DNA from: Minisyncoccota bacterium
GTDB lineage: Bacteria; Patescibacteriota; Minisyncoccia; Phycocordibacterales; UBA918
Reading direction: 5' to 3'
DNA length: 43,795 nucleotides
Assembly: GCA_035760625.1 (NCBI GenBank)
Contig: DASTSP010000042.1
Location: forward strand, 1-43,795
How positions within the stretch are numbered: the stretch's first letter is position 1; each line of letters begins with the position of its first letter. The notes under the pieces are model-generated. The model had not been told where the DNA came from. It did not search any database and saw only the letters and a program-made list of their open reading frames with translations. Positions 10,181-18,113 of the stretch are shown piece after piece. A program made the translations under genes and the position numbers.

Positions 10181-11599
10181 ATGGCGAACAAGTATCTCAC
10201 CACGACGCTGCCGTACGTGAACGCCGACCCGCACGTCGGCTTCGCGTACGAGCTCGTCGCTGCCGACGCGCTCGTCCGCTACTGGAAGGCGACCGGAGAC
10301 GACGTCTTCTTCAATACGGGAACGGACGAGCACGGTCAGAAGATAGCCGGGAAGGCCGACGAGAAGGGGGAGAGCCGCCAGGCGTACGTCGACCACTACG
10401 CGAACGAGTTTCGAAAATTGATACCGGCCCTCGGCGTTTCCGAGGACATCCATTTCATACGTACTACCGACGAACGCCACAAGAAGGCGGCCGAGGAGCT
10501 CTGGCGCCGGTGCGAGGCCGCGGGCGACATCTATAAGAAGAAGTACAAGGGGCTCTACTGCGTCGGCGACGAGATGTTCGTAAAGGAGAGCGAGCTCGTT
10601 GACGGCAGGTGCGCGAATCACCCGAACCTCGAACTCGAGGAGATCGAGGAGGAGAACTACTTCTTCAAGCTCTCGAACTACCAGTCGTACCTCGAGGAAT
10701 ACCTCTCTCGGGACGGTGTCATCGTCCCCGAGTGGCGACGGCAGGAGGCGCGGAGCTTCGTGAAGAAGGGTCTCGAGGACTTCAGCATCTCTCGCGAGAA
10801 GGCGCGTCTCGATTGGGGCATTCCGGTCCCGGGCGATGAGAACCAGGTCATGTACGTATGGTTCGACGCCCTCACGAACTACGTCTCGACCTTGGGCTGG
10901 CCCGAGGATACTGAAGGAAACTACGAGAAATTCTGGAAGAGCGGCGAACCGATGCAGATAGCGGGGAAGGACCAGGTCCGCTTCCAGTCCGTCATGTGGC
11001 AGGCGATGCTCAAATCGGCCGGTCTCGCGCCGACCGCGAAGGTCCTCTACCACGGGTTCATCACCTCGGGAGGTCAGAAGATGTCGAAGTCATTGGGGAA
11101 CGTCGTGAGTCCCTTCGAGCTCGTCTCGCGCTACGGCACAGAGGCGACACGCTACCTCCTCCTTCGCCACGTCCATCCCTTCGAGGATACTGACGTCACG
11201 TGGGAGCGCCTCGACGAGTGGTACAACGCGGGACTCGTGAACGGCATCGGGAACCTCACCGCGCGCATCCTCAAGATGTCCGAGACGCACCTCGGCGCGT
11301 TCGAAGCCCACGACTTCATATCTGAGATGAAGGGCATGGAGGAGTATGACTGTAAGAGCGCGCTCGACTACCTCTGGTCGCGCATCCAGGCGCTCGATGA
11401 GAAGATAGCCGAGACCGAGCCTTTCAAGCTCGTGAAGACGGAACCCGAACGTGCGAAGGCGATCCTCGAGGAACTGCGCGCCGACCTCTACAGGCTCTCC
11501 ATCGAACTCCGGCCGTTCATGCCCGCGACGGCCGTGACGATAGAGGAGGCGGTCAAAGCGAACAAGAAGCCGGAGAATCTCTTCGCGCGCATCGACTGA
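10181..11599 (+). CDS. metG: methionyl-tRNA synthetase (short form, no C-terminal tRNA-binding domain)
   Basis: 472-aa ORF with TTLPYVNADPHVGF (HIGH), GTDEHGQKI and KMSKSLGN. Confidence 0.95.
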   Translation: MANKYLTTTLPYVNADPHVGFAYELVAADALVRYWKATGDDVFFNTGTDEHGQKIAGKADEKGESRQAYVDHYANEFRKLIPALGVSEDIHFIRTTDERHKKAAEELWRRCEAAGDIYKKKYKGLYCVGDEMFVKESELVDGRCANHPNLELEEIEEENYFFKLSNYQSYLEEYLSRDGVIVPEWRRQEARSFVKKGLEDFSISREKARLDWGIPVPGDENQVMYVWFDALTNYVSTLGWPEDTEGNYEKFWKSGEPMQIAGKDQVRFQSVMWQAMLKSAGLAPTAKVLYHGFITSGGQKMSKSLGNVVSPFELVSRYGTEATRYLLLRHVHPFEDTDVTWERLDEWYNAGLVNGIGNLTARILKMSETHLGAFEAHDFISEMKGMEEYDCKSALDYLWSRIQALDEKIAETEPFKLVKTEPERAKAILEELRADLYRLSIELRPFMPATAVTIEEAVKANKKPENLFARID

Positions 11600-11600
11600 T

Positions 11601-11966
11601 ATGAGGAAGGTGTACAACAAGCTCGTTCGGGACAAGATGATCGACGTCTACAAGCACGACGTCGAGAACAAGATAAGCTCGAGCGATTACAGCGTTCGCT
11701 ACCTCAATCCGGCGGAGACCTTGGAGGAATTAAAGAACAAACTCCTCGAGGAGGTGGCGGAGGTCTTCGAGGCGTACGGGAAGGACAGGGAACACCTCAA
11801 GGAGGAGATCGCCGACGTCATCGAGGTCATCGACGCGATACTCTTTCACAACGGCATGACCCTCGACGAAGTTCTCACAATACGCGACGCGAAGAAGGCG
11901 AAGAAAGGCGGTTTCGAGACCGGCCTGTATCTCGAGAGCATCGATTACTTCGATAGCGCCGAATAA
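11601..11966 (+). CDS. MazG-superfamily all-alpha NTP pyrophosphohydrolase (COG4997-like house-cleaning enzyme)
   Basis: 121-aa ORF with N-terminal KLVRDKMI and a central EExAEVxE...EEIADVIEV acidic helix pair typical of MazG/PRA-PH-like proteins. Confidence 0.7.
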   Translation: MRKVYNKLVRDKMIDVYKHDVENKISSSDYSVRYLNPAETLEELKNKLLEEVAEVFEAYGKDREHLKEEIADVIEVIDAILFHNGMTLDEVLTIRDAKKAKKGGFETGLYLESIDYFDSAE

Positions 11967-11998
11967 GAAACATACGATTAATCGTATGTTTCTTATTC
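11961..11998. repeat. 38-bp perfect palindrome (P1) spanning both convergent stop codons
   Basis: GAATAAGAAACATACGATT|AATCGTATGTTTCTTATTC, every position verified complementary. It contains the TAA of the + gene (11964-66) and the TTA (stop on the - strand) at 11993-95. It probably acts as a bidirectional terminator and/or second operator. Confidence 0.9.
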
Positions 11999-12409
11999 TC
12001 TTGTGAATTTGAGCAAGGTTTTCTTCCAGCGTCCTCGGCCCCTCGGAGGAAAGCCCATCTGCAGGATCCTTTCCAGCGTTTCCACTATCCGAGTGTATTC
12101 GCCTTTGTCTTCCGTTACGAACCGTCGTATTGCGCCGTATTTCCCAATTTCATAATTGAGCCTTATACGGTCGGTGGTAGAGGGGCTGAGATTGAGAAGT
12201 ACGGACACTCGATACGAAGAGACGCCTTCGGTGTAGAGGATGATCGCCGCGAGTCGTTTCGCGAACATGAGCCGCTCTTCCTCTCCGAATAGTTCGCTCA
12301 GAAACGCGGACGCTCGTTTCGAATCGAGTTGCGCGACAACCTTGTATAACTGATTCAAGAGTTGGTCTTCCTTCTTATGTGGTAGTTTACGTTTGGAGAC
12401 ATGTGTCAT
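11993..12409 (-). CDS. TrpR/YerC-YecD family DNA-binding protein
   Basis: 138-aa ORF with ...EERLMFAKRLAAIILYTEGVSSYRVSVLLNLSPSTTDRI..., the helix-turn-helix pattern of Trp-repressor-like YerC proteins. GC is visibly lower than in the neighbours. Confidence 0.7.
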   Translation of the reverse strand: MTHVSKRKLPHKKEDQLLNQLYKVVAQLDSKRASAFLSELFGEEERLMFAKRLAAIILYTEGVSSYRVSVLLNLSPSTTDRIRLNYEIGKYGAIRRFVTEDKGEYTRIVETLERILQMGFPPRGRGRWKKTLLKFTRE

Positions 12410-12444
12410 ATCACAATCATACGATTAATCGTATGATTGTGATA
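12409..12444. promoter_or_regulatory. 36-bp perfect palindrome (P2): candidate operator overlapping divergent -10 elements
   Basis: TATCACAATCATACGATT|AATCGTATGATTGTGATA shares the 18-bp core CATACGATTAATCGTATG with P1. TATGAT reads on both strands (12432-37 on +, 12416-21 on -). The minus-strand copy ends 6 nt before the ATG at 12409. Confidence 0.7.
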
Positions 12445-12454
12445 GGGAGAGCGT

Positions 12455-13087
12455 GTGCTATGCTGGTTCGCAATGACGGAGAACGGAAAAGGTATCGTGG
12501 ACATCGGTAGACTCATCCTCGCGTTCGCGAAGGTAAACCGCGCAACGACGATGGAGGACGGCGTGACGCCGGAATCGGACACCGACCACACGGTCATGCT
12601 CTCCGTCGTCGCCTCTGCCTTCGCCAAGAAGCTCTACCCGGACTCGCTCGACGTGGGGCGAGTCGCCGAGTTCGCCATCGTCCACGACCTCGTCGAAGCG
12701 TACGCCTGTGACACCGATAGTTTTGGCATCAGCGCGGAGGCAAAGCGAGCGAAGGACGAGCGAGAGCGCGAAGCGTACCTTCGCATCGAGCGCGAGTTTC
12801 GGGACACGTTCCCGTGGATTCCCGAGACCATCGCGGCGTACGAGCGCCTCGATAGCCGCGAAGCGCGTTTCGTGAAGACCGCGGACAAGCTCCTGTCGAA
12901 GGTGACGCATATCCTGAACGGCGGCGCATACTTCAAGTCGCGCGGCATGGATGAAGAGACGATGTGGAATAATTACCAGCAGATGGTGCGCGCCGCCGAG
13001 GAGAAGTACGGCGCGGAATTCCCGGAGGTCCTCGCCCTCATGGACGAGCTCATTAGGGAAGCGAAGCGAATCGCCTATGGAGCATAA
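12455..13087 (+). CDS. HD-domain phosphohydrolase (YfbR-like 5'-nucleotidase family)
   Basis: DTDHTVMLSVVA ... AIVHDLVEAYACD ... KTADKL give the H..HD..D pattern. GGGAGA Shine-Dalgarno at 12445-50. The start may be GTG 12455 or ATG 12473. Confidence 0.8.
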   Translation: MLCWFAMTENGKGIVDIGRLILAFAKVNRATTMEDGVTPESDTDHTVMLSVVASAFAKKLYPDSLDVGRVAEFAIVHDLVEAYACDTDSFGISAEAKRAKDEREREAYLRIEREFRDTFPWIPETIAAYERLDSREARFVKTADKLLSKVTHILNGGAYFKSRGMDEETMWNNYQQMVRAAEEKYGAEFPEVLALMDELIREAKRIAYGA

Positions 13088-13475
13088 GACCTTCAAGGAC
13101 ATCTACGCGATAGCGGAACGGAACGTGAAGGAGAATCCGTACGTACGCGAAAAGGAGGCCGATGAGATCATCGGTATCTATCTCGATTGGCTTCGCGGCG
13201 AGGTAGAAGAAGTGAGGGATGAAACGAAACCAAGGAATAGGATACATCTCGCCGATGAGCTCGCAGATATACTCTGGGTGTACGCGGGGCTCTTAGCAGT
13301 TCTCAAGGATAGAGGGTATATCGATTCGGTCGAAGAGGTCTTCATGCAGTCGCACGAGAAGTATACCGAGCGTATGCCGGCATTTTTACGAAGCTCCGCT
13401 GAGCTGTGGGAATCCATCAAGGCGAGGCAGAAGGAAGACCTCGCCCTGCGTCATCAAAAGGAATATGGACAGTGA
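13077..13475 (+). CDS. MazG-type nucleotide pyrophosphohydrolase
   Basis: ORF track 12951..13475 trimmed to ATG 13077 (MEHKTF...). LRGEVEEVRDE...ADELADILW acidic motifs are present. It overlaps the HD gene end by 11 nt. Confidence 0.8.
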   Translation: MEHKTFKDIYAIAERNVKENPYVREKEADEIIGIYLDWLRGEVEEVRDETKPRNRIHLADELADILWVYAGLLAVLKDRGYIDSVEEVFMQSHEKYTERMPAFLRSSAELWESIKARQKEDLALRHQKEYGQ

Positions 13476-14277
13476 ATTTCGATACATCGACGTGCACACG
13501 CACCTTAACCTCGATGCGTTCGACGCTGATCGCACGGCGGTCGAAACGAGGACTCTCGAAGACCGCGTCGCACACATAAACGTAGGGACCGCGCGGGAAA
13601 CAAGCGAGGCGGCGATTCGTCTCGCAGAGTCGTTTAATGCCGGCGTCTACGCGACGGTCGGCCTCCATCCCGTTCGCGCGAGCGGCGCATCGGAGCACGA
13701 GGGCACGGAGGCGTTCGACCACGAGGCGTTTCAGGCGCTCGGAGCGCATGAGAAGGTCGTCGCGATCGGCGAGTGCGGCCTCGACTACTTTCGCGTCGAG
13801 AAAGATACGAAGGCGAAGCAGGAGGGGGCCTTTAGCGCGCAGATAGCGCTCGCGAACGAGCTCGAAAAGCCGCTCATGCTCCACATCCGCGACGAGAAGG
13901 GAAAGATGGACGCGTACGAGGATGCGCTCGCCATACTGAAGCGCGAGGCGAAGGTTCTCGGGAACGTGCACTTCTTCGCGGGGACGTACGACATCGCGAA
14001 GCGCTTCTGGGAGATGGGGTACACGACGTCCTTCACCGGCGTCGTCACCTTCGCAGATGAGTACGATGACATCATTAAAAACGCGCCGCTCGACATGCTC
14101 CACGCGGAGACCGATGCGCCGTACGTCGCTCCCGTGCCCTTTCGTGGGACGCGGAACGAGCCCGCGCACGTCCGCGAAGTGTACGCGCGCATCGCGGCGC
14201 TTCGAAGCGAGGACCCTGAAGTAGTGCGCCGGGCCCTTCTCGAGAACGCCCGTCGGCTCTTCGGCGTCCTTATTTGA
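13465..14277 (+). CDS. tatD: TatD-family metal-dependent hydrolase/DNase
   Basis: YIDVHTHLN, GECGLDY, LHIRD, VHFFAG and ETDAPY motifs. It overlaps the preceding gene by 11 nt, which suggests an operon. Confidence 0.9.
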   Translation: MDSEFRYIDVHTHLNLDAFDADRTAVETRTLEDRVAHINVGTARETSEAAIRLAESFNAGVYATVGLHPVRASGASEHEGTEAFDHEAFQALGAHEKVVAIGECGLDYFRVEKDTKAKQEGAFSAQIALANELEKPLMLHIRDEKGKMDAYEDALAILKREAKVLGNVHFFAGTYDIAKRFWEMGYTTSFTGVVTFADEYDDIIKNAPLDMLHAETDAPYVAPVPFRGTRNEPAHVREVYARIAALRSEDPEVVRRALLENARRLFGVLI

Positions 14278-14330
14278 CAGTGGCGTCCTGAACGCTTACC
14301 TTGTTTCAAGACATACTTCGGAGAGAGACC

Positions 14331-14621
14331 ATGGAACCGGGAGAAGAGACCTGCGGCGTCCTTACGTCGGACATCCACATCACCGGCGGTTCGGCAGAAC
14401 CGCTCGAATGCCTTCGACCGCGGCACCAGTTCGGCCAACACCTCATCAGGCGCGACGACGGAGGCTACGTCGCCTACGAAACGGATTGGACGTGCGGCTG
14501 CGAGATGTGCCAGTCCGATGAGCCGGACGATTGGTGCGAGATCTATCGCGACGTCAGCGACGAGGAGGCGAAATACCTTCTCGGCTCTGCGGACGCGGAG
14601 CTGAAGGGTTTCCAAGACTGA
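14331..14621 (+). CDS. hypothetical Cys-rich acidic protein
   Basis: GGAGAGAGA Shine-Dalgarno just upstream of ATG 14331, 96 aa with six Cys (CxC..C cluster WTCGCEMC). I recognise no family. Confidence 0.5.
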   Translation: MEPGEETCGVLTSDIHITGGSAEPLECLRPRHQFGQHLIRRDDGGYVAYETDWTCGCEMCQSDEPDDWCEIYRDVSDEEAKYLLGSADAELKGFQD

Positions 14622-14646
14622 ACGAACGTTCAGTCTTGATTTTTTG
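14613..14646 (+). terminator. rho-independent terminator
   Basis: CAAGACTGAACG / CGTTCAGTCTTG 12-bp arms overlapping the stop codon, followed by ATTTTTT. Confidence 0.85.
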
Positions 14647-14694
14647 ACATCCTGTGGTTAAATCTTCCGAGACCATTACGATGGAGGAACGAGC

Positions 14695-15498
14695 ATGCGG
14701 CGCGTCTATGACCTGTCGTTCGTATCGAAAGACGTCTCGAATAGCGGCGCGCCGGAGATCATCATCTCGATCCAACCGGAGCACGTCACGCAGTTCAAGG
14801 TGGGCATCGGCGAGTACGCCACGCGGTATTCCGAGAACGCGGAGCGGTATCTCGGCGAAATGCCGAATTTCGTCTCGCCGACGAATTGTCGTTTCGGCTA
14901 CCGGGGGTGCGGCGAAGTGCGAGAGGGAAGGACGCTCGATATCGCGTTCCCGCTCTACGATTTCGATGGGAGGCATGTGGCGTACACGCTCATGGTGACC
15001 TTCGAAGAGTTGAGGACGTTCTTTCCGGCGACGCGCACGGCGGAACTTCCGAGCGAGAAGAGCCAGTACGTCGACGTCTCACTGCCTTGTAGGCAGGCGG
15101 TCCACGGACACAATCCGAGCGGCTGGATTCTCCCTCACTTCGGTATGTGGCTTCGAGCGAAGGGCGGAGAACCGAGAGAACAGGGTACCGTTCGGAGAAA
15201 GGTCACGCAGGCGATCTTCGAAGTATGGAACGCGCTCGTACATCGCAGGCAGAAGCAGGGCACACAGAGGGCAGTCCTCCTCATCGGGGACAACGGGCAT
15301 TTCGTGCTCCACTGTCCCGGCGATGCGTGCGACCTCGGCGTCTATCCTGATCTCGTCCGAGAAGGAATGGGAACGCGGCCCGTTCGGTTCGAGTCGCATA
15401 ACGTCGAGTCGTACGTGCAGGGTCTCGCGCTCCTCTCGGGGCTCGCTGCGCTTGCGACGATCGCTCGCGAGGAGAACGAGCATGTCCACCAGCATTAG
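14695..15498 (+). CDS. hypothetical protein
   Basis: 267-aa ORF with high-GC third-position bias like its neighbours and its own terminator. No recognisable motifs apart from His/Cys clusters (HGHNPSGW, HCPGDACD). Confidence 0.6.
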   Translation: MRRVYDLSFVSKDVSNSGAPEIIISIQPEHVTQFKVGIGEYATRYSENAERYLGEMPNFVSPTNCRFGYRGCGEVREGRTLDIAFPLYDFDGRHVAYTLMVTFEELRTFFPATRTAELPSEKSQYVDVSLPCRQAVHGHNPSGWILPHFGMWLRAKGGEPREQGTVRRKVTQAIFEVWNALVHRRQKQGTQRAVLLIGDNGHFVLHCPGDACDLGVYPDLVREGMGTRPVRFESHNVESYVQGLALLSGLAALATIAREENEHVHQH

Positions 15499-15508
15499 CA
15501 CCTTTCGA

Positions 15509-15540
15509 AGAGGCGCCTCACCCGAGGCGCCTCTTTTTTA
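15509..15540. terminator. bidirectional terminator between convergent genes
   Basis: AGAGGCGCCTC ACCC GAGGCGCCTCT followed by TTTTT. It abuts the stop of the minus-strand gene at 15538. Confidence 0.85.
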
Positions 15541-16473
15541 ATCGAAGATGTGGAGGAGGTACGTATCGATGGTCCGCTGTTCTATATCGTAGAAATACTT
15601 GTCGTCGACATGGAGGTCGTGCGCGAGGTCGGTCCCGACGAAGCGCCAGTGCCACGGCTCATAGACGTAGTATCCGTTGTTCTCGGGGTACGAGATGACG
15701 AATCCGTACCGGTACGCGTGCTTTTGAAGCCACGTGTACGCGGCGGTATTCTCGAAGCCGGTGAGTCCGCCGAGCGCGGCGGTCGTGAAGTCGACGGTGG
15801 TGCCGAGTTGATGTTCCGAGTATCCCTGGTCCGCGGAGAACGTGTTCGCACCCGAGCCGTATTGTACCGTGTACGCGCTCTTCAGCCCCTTCTGCTCCTC
15901 GTACGAGCGGTACGCGGAGAGGACGAGGAGATCGACGCCGTCCTCCTTCGCGTCAGAGAGCATGTCTTCGAGGAAGGGGAGCACTTCACTCTCGATGTAT
16001 TCGGGTTCGTTCTTTCTTAGACGGTCCTCTTCCGGTATCTCCTCGAGCTTCGCAGGTTTGTAGTTCTCGTTGAGGAAGTAGACCTTGGAGTACTTCTTGA
16101 GGAGTTCGGGGTCGAGTTTCGACAGTTTGTCGAGCTTCGTCACGTCCTTCGTGATGCTCCGTATCTGGTCCTCGAAGTCCTCGTTCCGGTTCTTCTCCTC
16201 GGAGAGTTGCTTGAGCAGGTCGGCACCCGTCGCTTCGGAGGTCGCGTACGCGGCCTTGAGGGCCTCGAGCGTCGCCTCATCGTCGGCGAAGGTAGCCTCG
16301 CGCTCCGAGAGGGTCGTCCGTACGGCGTTAAGGTCGTTCCCGAGATTCGCGTTCTCGCTTTCGAGCGTCCGGATGACGTAGAGCTCGTAGCCTGAAACGG
16401 CGAAGAGCACGACGATGAGCGCGGCGCCCGATATGAGCCATATTCTTAGCTTCCGTTCCGAGAGGTCCACCAT
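15538..16473 (-). CDS. D-alanyl-D-alanine carboxypeptidase, peptidase M15B (VanY-like), membrane anchored
   Basis: N-terminal TM plus coiled coil, then SAYRSYEEQ, SEHQLGTTVDF and EPWHWRFVG motifs. Confidence 0.85.
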   Translation of the reverse strand: MVDLSERKLRIWLISGAALIVVLFAVSGYELYVIRTLESENANLGNDLNAVRTTLSEREATFADDEATLEALKAAYATSEATGADLLKQLSEEKNRNEDFEDQIRSITKDVTKLDKLSKLDPELLKKYSKVYFLNENYKPAKLEEIPEEDRLRKNEPEYIESEVLPFLEDMLSDAKEDGVDLLVLSAYRSYEEQKGLKSAYTVQYGSGANTFSADQGYSEHQLGTTVDFTTAALGGLTGFENTAAYTWLQKHAYRYGFVISYPENNGYYVYEPWHWRFVGTDLAHDLHVDDKYFYDIEQRTIDTYLLHIFD

Positions 16474-16578
16474 GTGCCTCCCATTCTAGCATGCCGATCC
16501 GGCATTCCCTCATCCTTGAATCGACCGCGTAACTATGGTACGGTAACGCCACATTATTAGATAACGTCTACGGGTGCG

Positions 16579-16596
16579 GCCATAATCAAACGGTCG
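16579..16596 (+). repeat. GCCATAATCAAACGGTCG motif upstream of rpsF (copy 1, contains a CATAAT -10-like hexamer)
   Basis: 16 of 18 nt identical to 17909-17926 downstream of rpsR. Confidence 0.6.
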
Positions 16597-16606
16597 TACA
16601 CTCACT

Positions 16607-17170
16607 ATGACAGAATCAACAATGCCAGCAGCCGAGGCGGCCGCGCAGTCGTACGATGAACGAAACGACTACGAGTTCGCCTTCCACGTACTTCCAACGG
16701 CTACTGAAGGGGAAGTGACGAGCGCCTTCGAGGCCATCAAGGCCGAGATCGCGAAGGAGGGGGAGATTACCGGAGAGGAGGCACCCGAGCGAATCGAGCT
16801 CGCGTACCCCATCGTGAAGTCCATCGAGGGCAAGAACCGAAAGTTCGCGAGCGCGTACTTCGGTTGGGTACGTTTCAAGCTCGAGGCGGAGAAGCTCGAG
16901 GCCGTGAAGGAGGAACTCGCGTCCGTGAACGTCATCCTTCGCCATCTCCTCATCAAGCTCACTCGCGAGGAGGTAGCGGAGCCGTTCCGCTTTCACGAGA
17001 ACCGAAAATCGGTGAAGATGGTGGAAGTGGTGAACGAGGAGCCGCAGGCCCTCCCCGAGGCGCCGCGAGAGACCGAGGCACGCGCCGAGGTATCCGCGGC
17101 GGCGCTCGACGAATCGCTCGAGAAGATAACGAAGGACGAGGGTGAGAAGAAGGAGGAGTCCGCATCGTAA
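16607..17170 (+). CDS. rpsF: 30S ribosomal protein S6 with long acidic C-terminal extension
   Basis: YEFAFHVLP... S6-like N-terminus, and first position in a conserved rpsF-ssb-rpsR arrangement. Confidence 0.85.
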   Translation: MTESTMPAAEAAAQSYDERNDYEFAFHVLPTATEGEVTSAFEAIKAEIAKEGEITGEEAPERIELAYPIVKSIEGKNRKFASAYFGWVRFKLEAEKLEAVKEELASVNVILRHLLIKLTREEVAEPFRFHENRKSVKMVEVVNEEPQALPEAPRETEARAEVSAAALDESLEKITKDEGEKKEESAS

Positions 17171-17192
17171 TTATTGGTTTTAGCGAATCGAT

Positions 17193-17621
17193 ATGTACCT
17201 TAACAAGGCAATGGTCTACGGGAATCTCACGAGAGACCCGGAACTCAAGTCGCTGCCGAGCGGGATGCAGGTGTGTTCCTTCGGCATCGCGACGAACCGC
17301 GTGTACAAGGACCGAGACGGGAAGCGAGCGGAACAGACCGATTACCACAACATCGTGGTCTTCGGTCGGCAGGCCGAGACGTGCGCACAGTACCTCAAGA
17401 AAGGTGCGGGCGCGTTCGTCGAGGGCCGGCTCCAGACCCGAAGCTGGGAGCAAGACGGCGCGAAGCAGTACCGGACCGAGATAATCGCCGACCGCGTCCA
17501 GTTCGGACCGAAGTCGACCGGCGGCGGCGCACCGATGGGTGCGAGCCCGAAGGCCGAACCGGCGGGAAACGCTCCCGAGTACCCGGAAGAGGAGATCAAT
17601 CCCGAGGACATACCGTTTTAG
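17193..17621 (+). CDS. ssb: single-stranded DNA-binding protein
   Basis: OB-fold N-terminus (NKAMVYGNLTRDPELK...), Gly/Pro-rich linker, and acidic tip ending DIPF. Confidence 0.95.
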   Translation: MYLNKAMVYGNLTRDPELKSLPSGMQVCSFGIATNRVYKDRDGKRAEQTDYHNIVVFGRQAETCAQYLKKGAGAFVEGRLQTRSWEQDGAKQYRTEIIADRVQFGPKSTGGGAPMGASPKAEPAGNAPEYPEEEINPEDIPF

Positions 17622-17627
17622 AGTCAT

Positions 17628-17831
17628 ATGGAAAAAGAAAAGAAGCAGAAGACGACGAACGTCGAGCACTACGACTACAAGGACGTGCAGCGCCTCCGCG
17701 CGCACATGAACCCGCATGCGCGTATGATGAGCCGGAAGCGAACCGGCCACAACGCGCACGAACAGCGAGTCTTCGCCACTGCGGTGAAGCGCGCGCGATT
17801 CATGGCGCTCCTCCCGTACGTCTCGGAATAA
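17628..17831 (+). CDS. rpsR: 30S ribosomal protein S18
   Basis: 67 aa with DYKDVQRLRAHMNPHARMMSRKRTG...RARFMALLPY. Confidence 0.95.
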   Translation: MEKEKKQKTTNVEHYDYKDVQRLRAHMNPHARMMSRKRTGHNAHEQRVFATAVKRARFMALLPYVSE

Positions 17832-17908
17832 CCTAGAATCAACGAGCGCAGCGACTATGATTCTAGAGTCCGTCGGTGCATGCGTCCACAAAGACGCCTT
17901 GAACCGAC

Positions 17909-17926
17909 GCCATAATCGAACGCTCG
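17909..17926 (+). repeat. GCCATAATCGAACGCTCG motif (copy 2)
   Basis: See 16579-16596. It lies between rpsR and the shared terminator. Confidence 0.6.
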
Positions 17927-17944
17927 ATAGAGTTTCACACTCAA

Positions 17945-17980
17945 AAAACCGCCGACCCTACGGGCCGGCGGTTTTCGTTT
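17945..17980. terminator. bidirectional terminator (rpsR / efp)
   Basis: AAAACCGCCGACCC TAC GGGCCGGCGGTTTT with one A/C mismatch. It is a near-exact reverse complement of the hairpin at 19701-19735. Confidence 0.85.
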
Positions 17981-17981
17981 T

Positions 17982-18004
17982 ACGCTTTCTCCACCCGTTC
18001 GGTG
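17982..18004. repeat. 23-bp direct repeat, distal copy (orphan copy of the efp 3' end)
   Basis: ACGCTTTCTCCACCCGTTCGGTG is identical to 18116-18138. On the minus strand it encodes ..TERVEKA followed by TAA. Confidence 0.9.
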
Positions 18005-18113
18005 CCTAGAATTCCTTAAGAGCGAAGCGAATCAGAATTCTTGGCCGTCATTTTGCGCGCCTTCGAAGCGCCTCAAAATGACGAACAAAGGTTCTTATAC
18101 CTCACGCGCAAGA

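Noticed and set aside
8838-11053. 343-aa and 347-aa minus-strand ORFs
   Set aside because: They are antisense to glyQS and metG and have the same shadow-ORF character.
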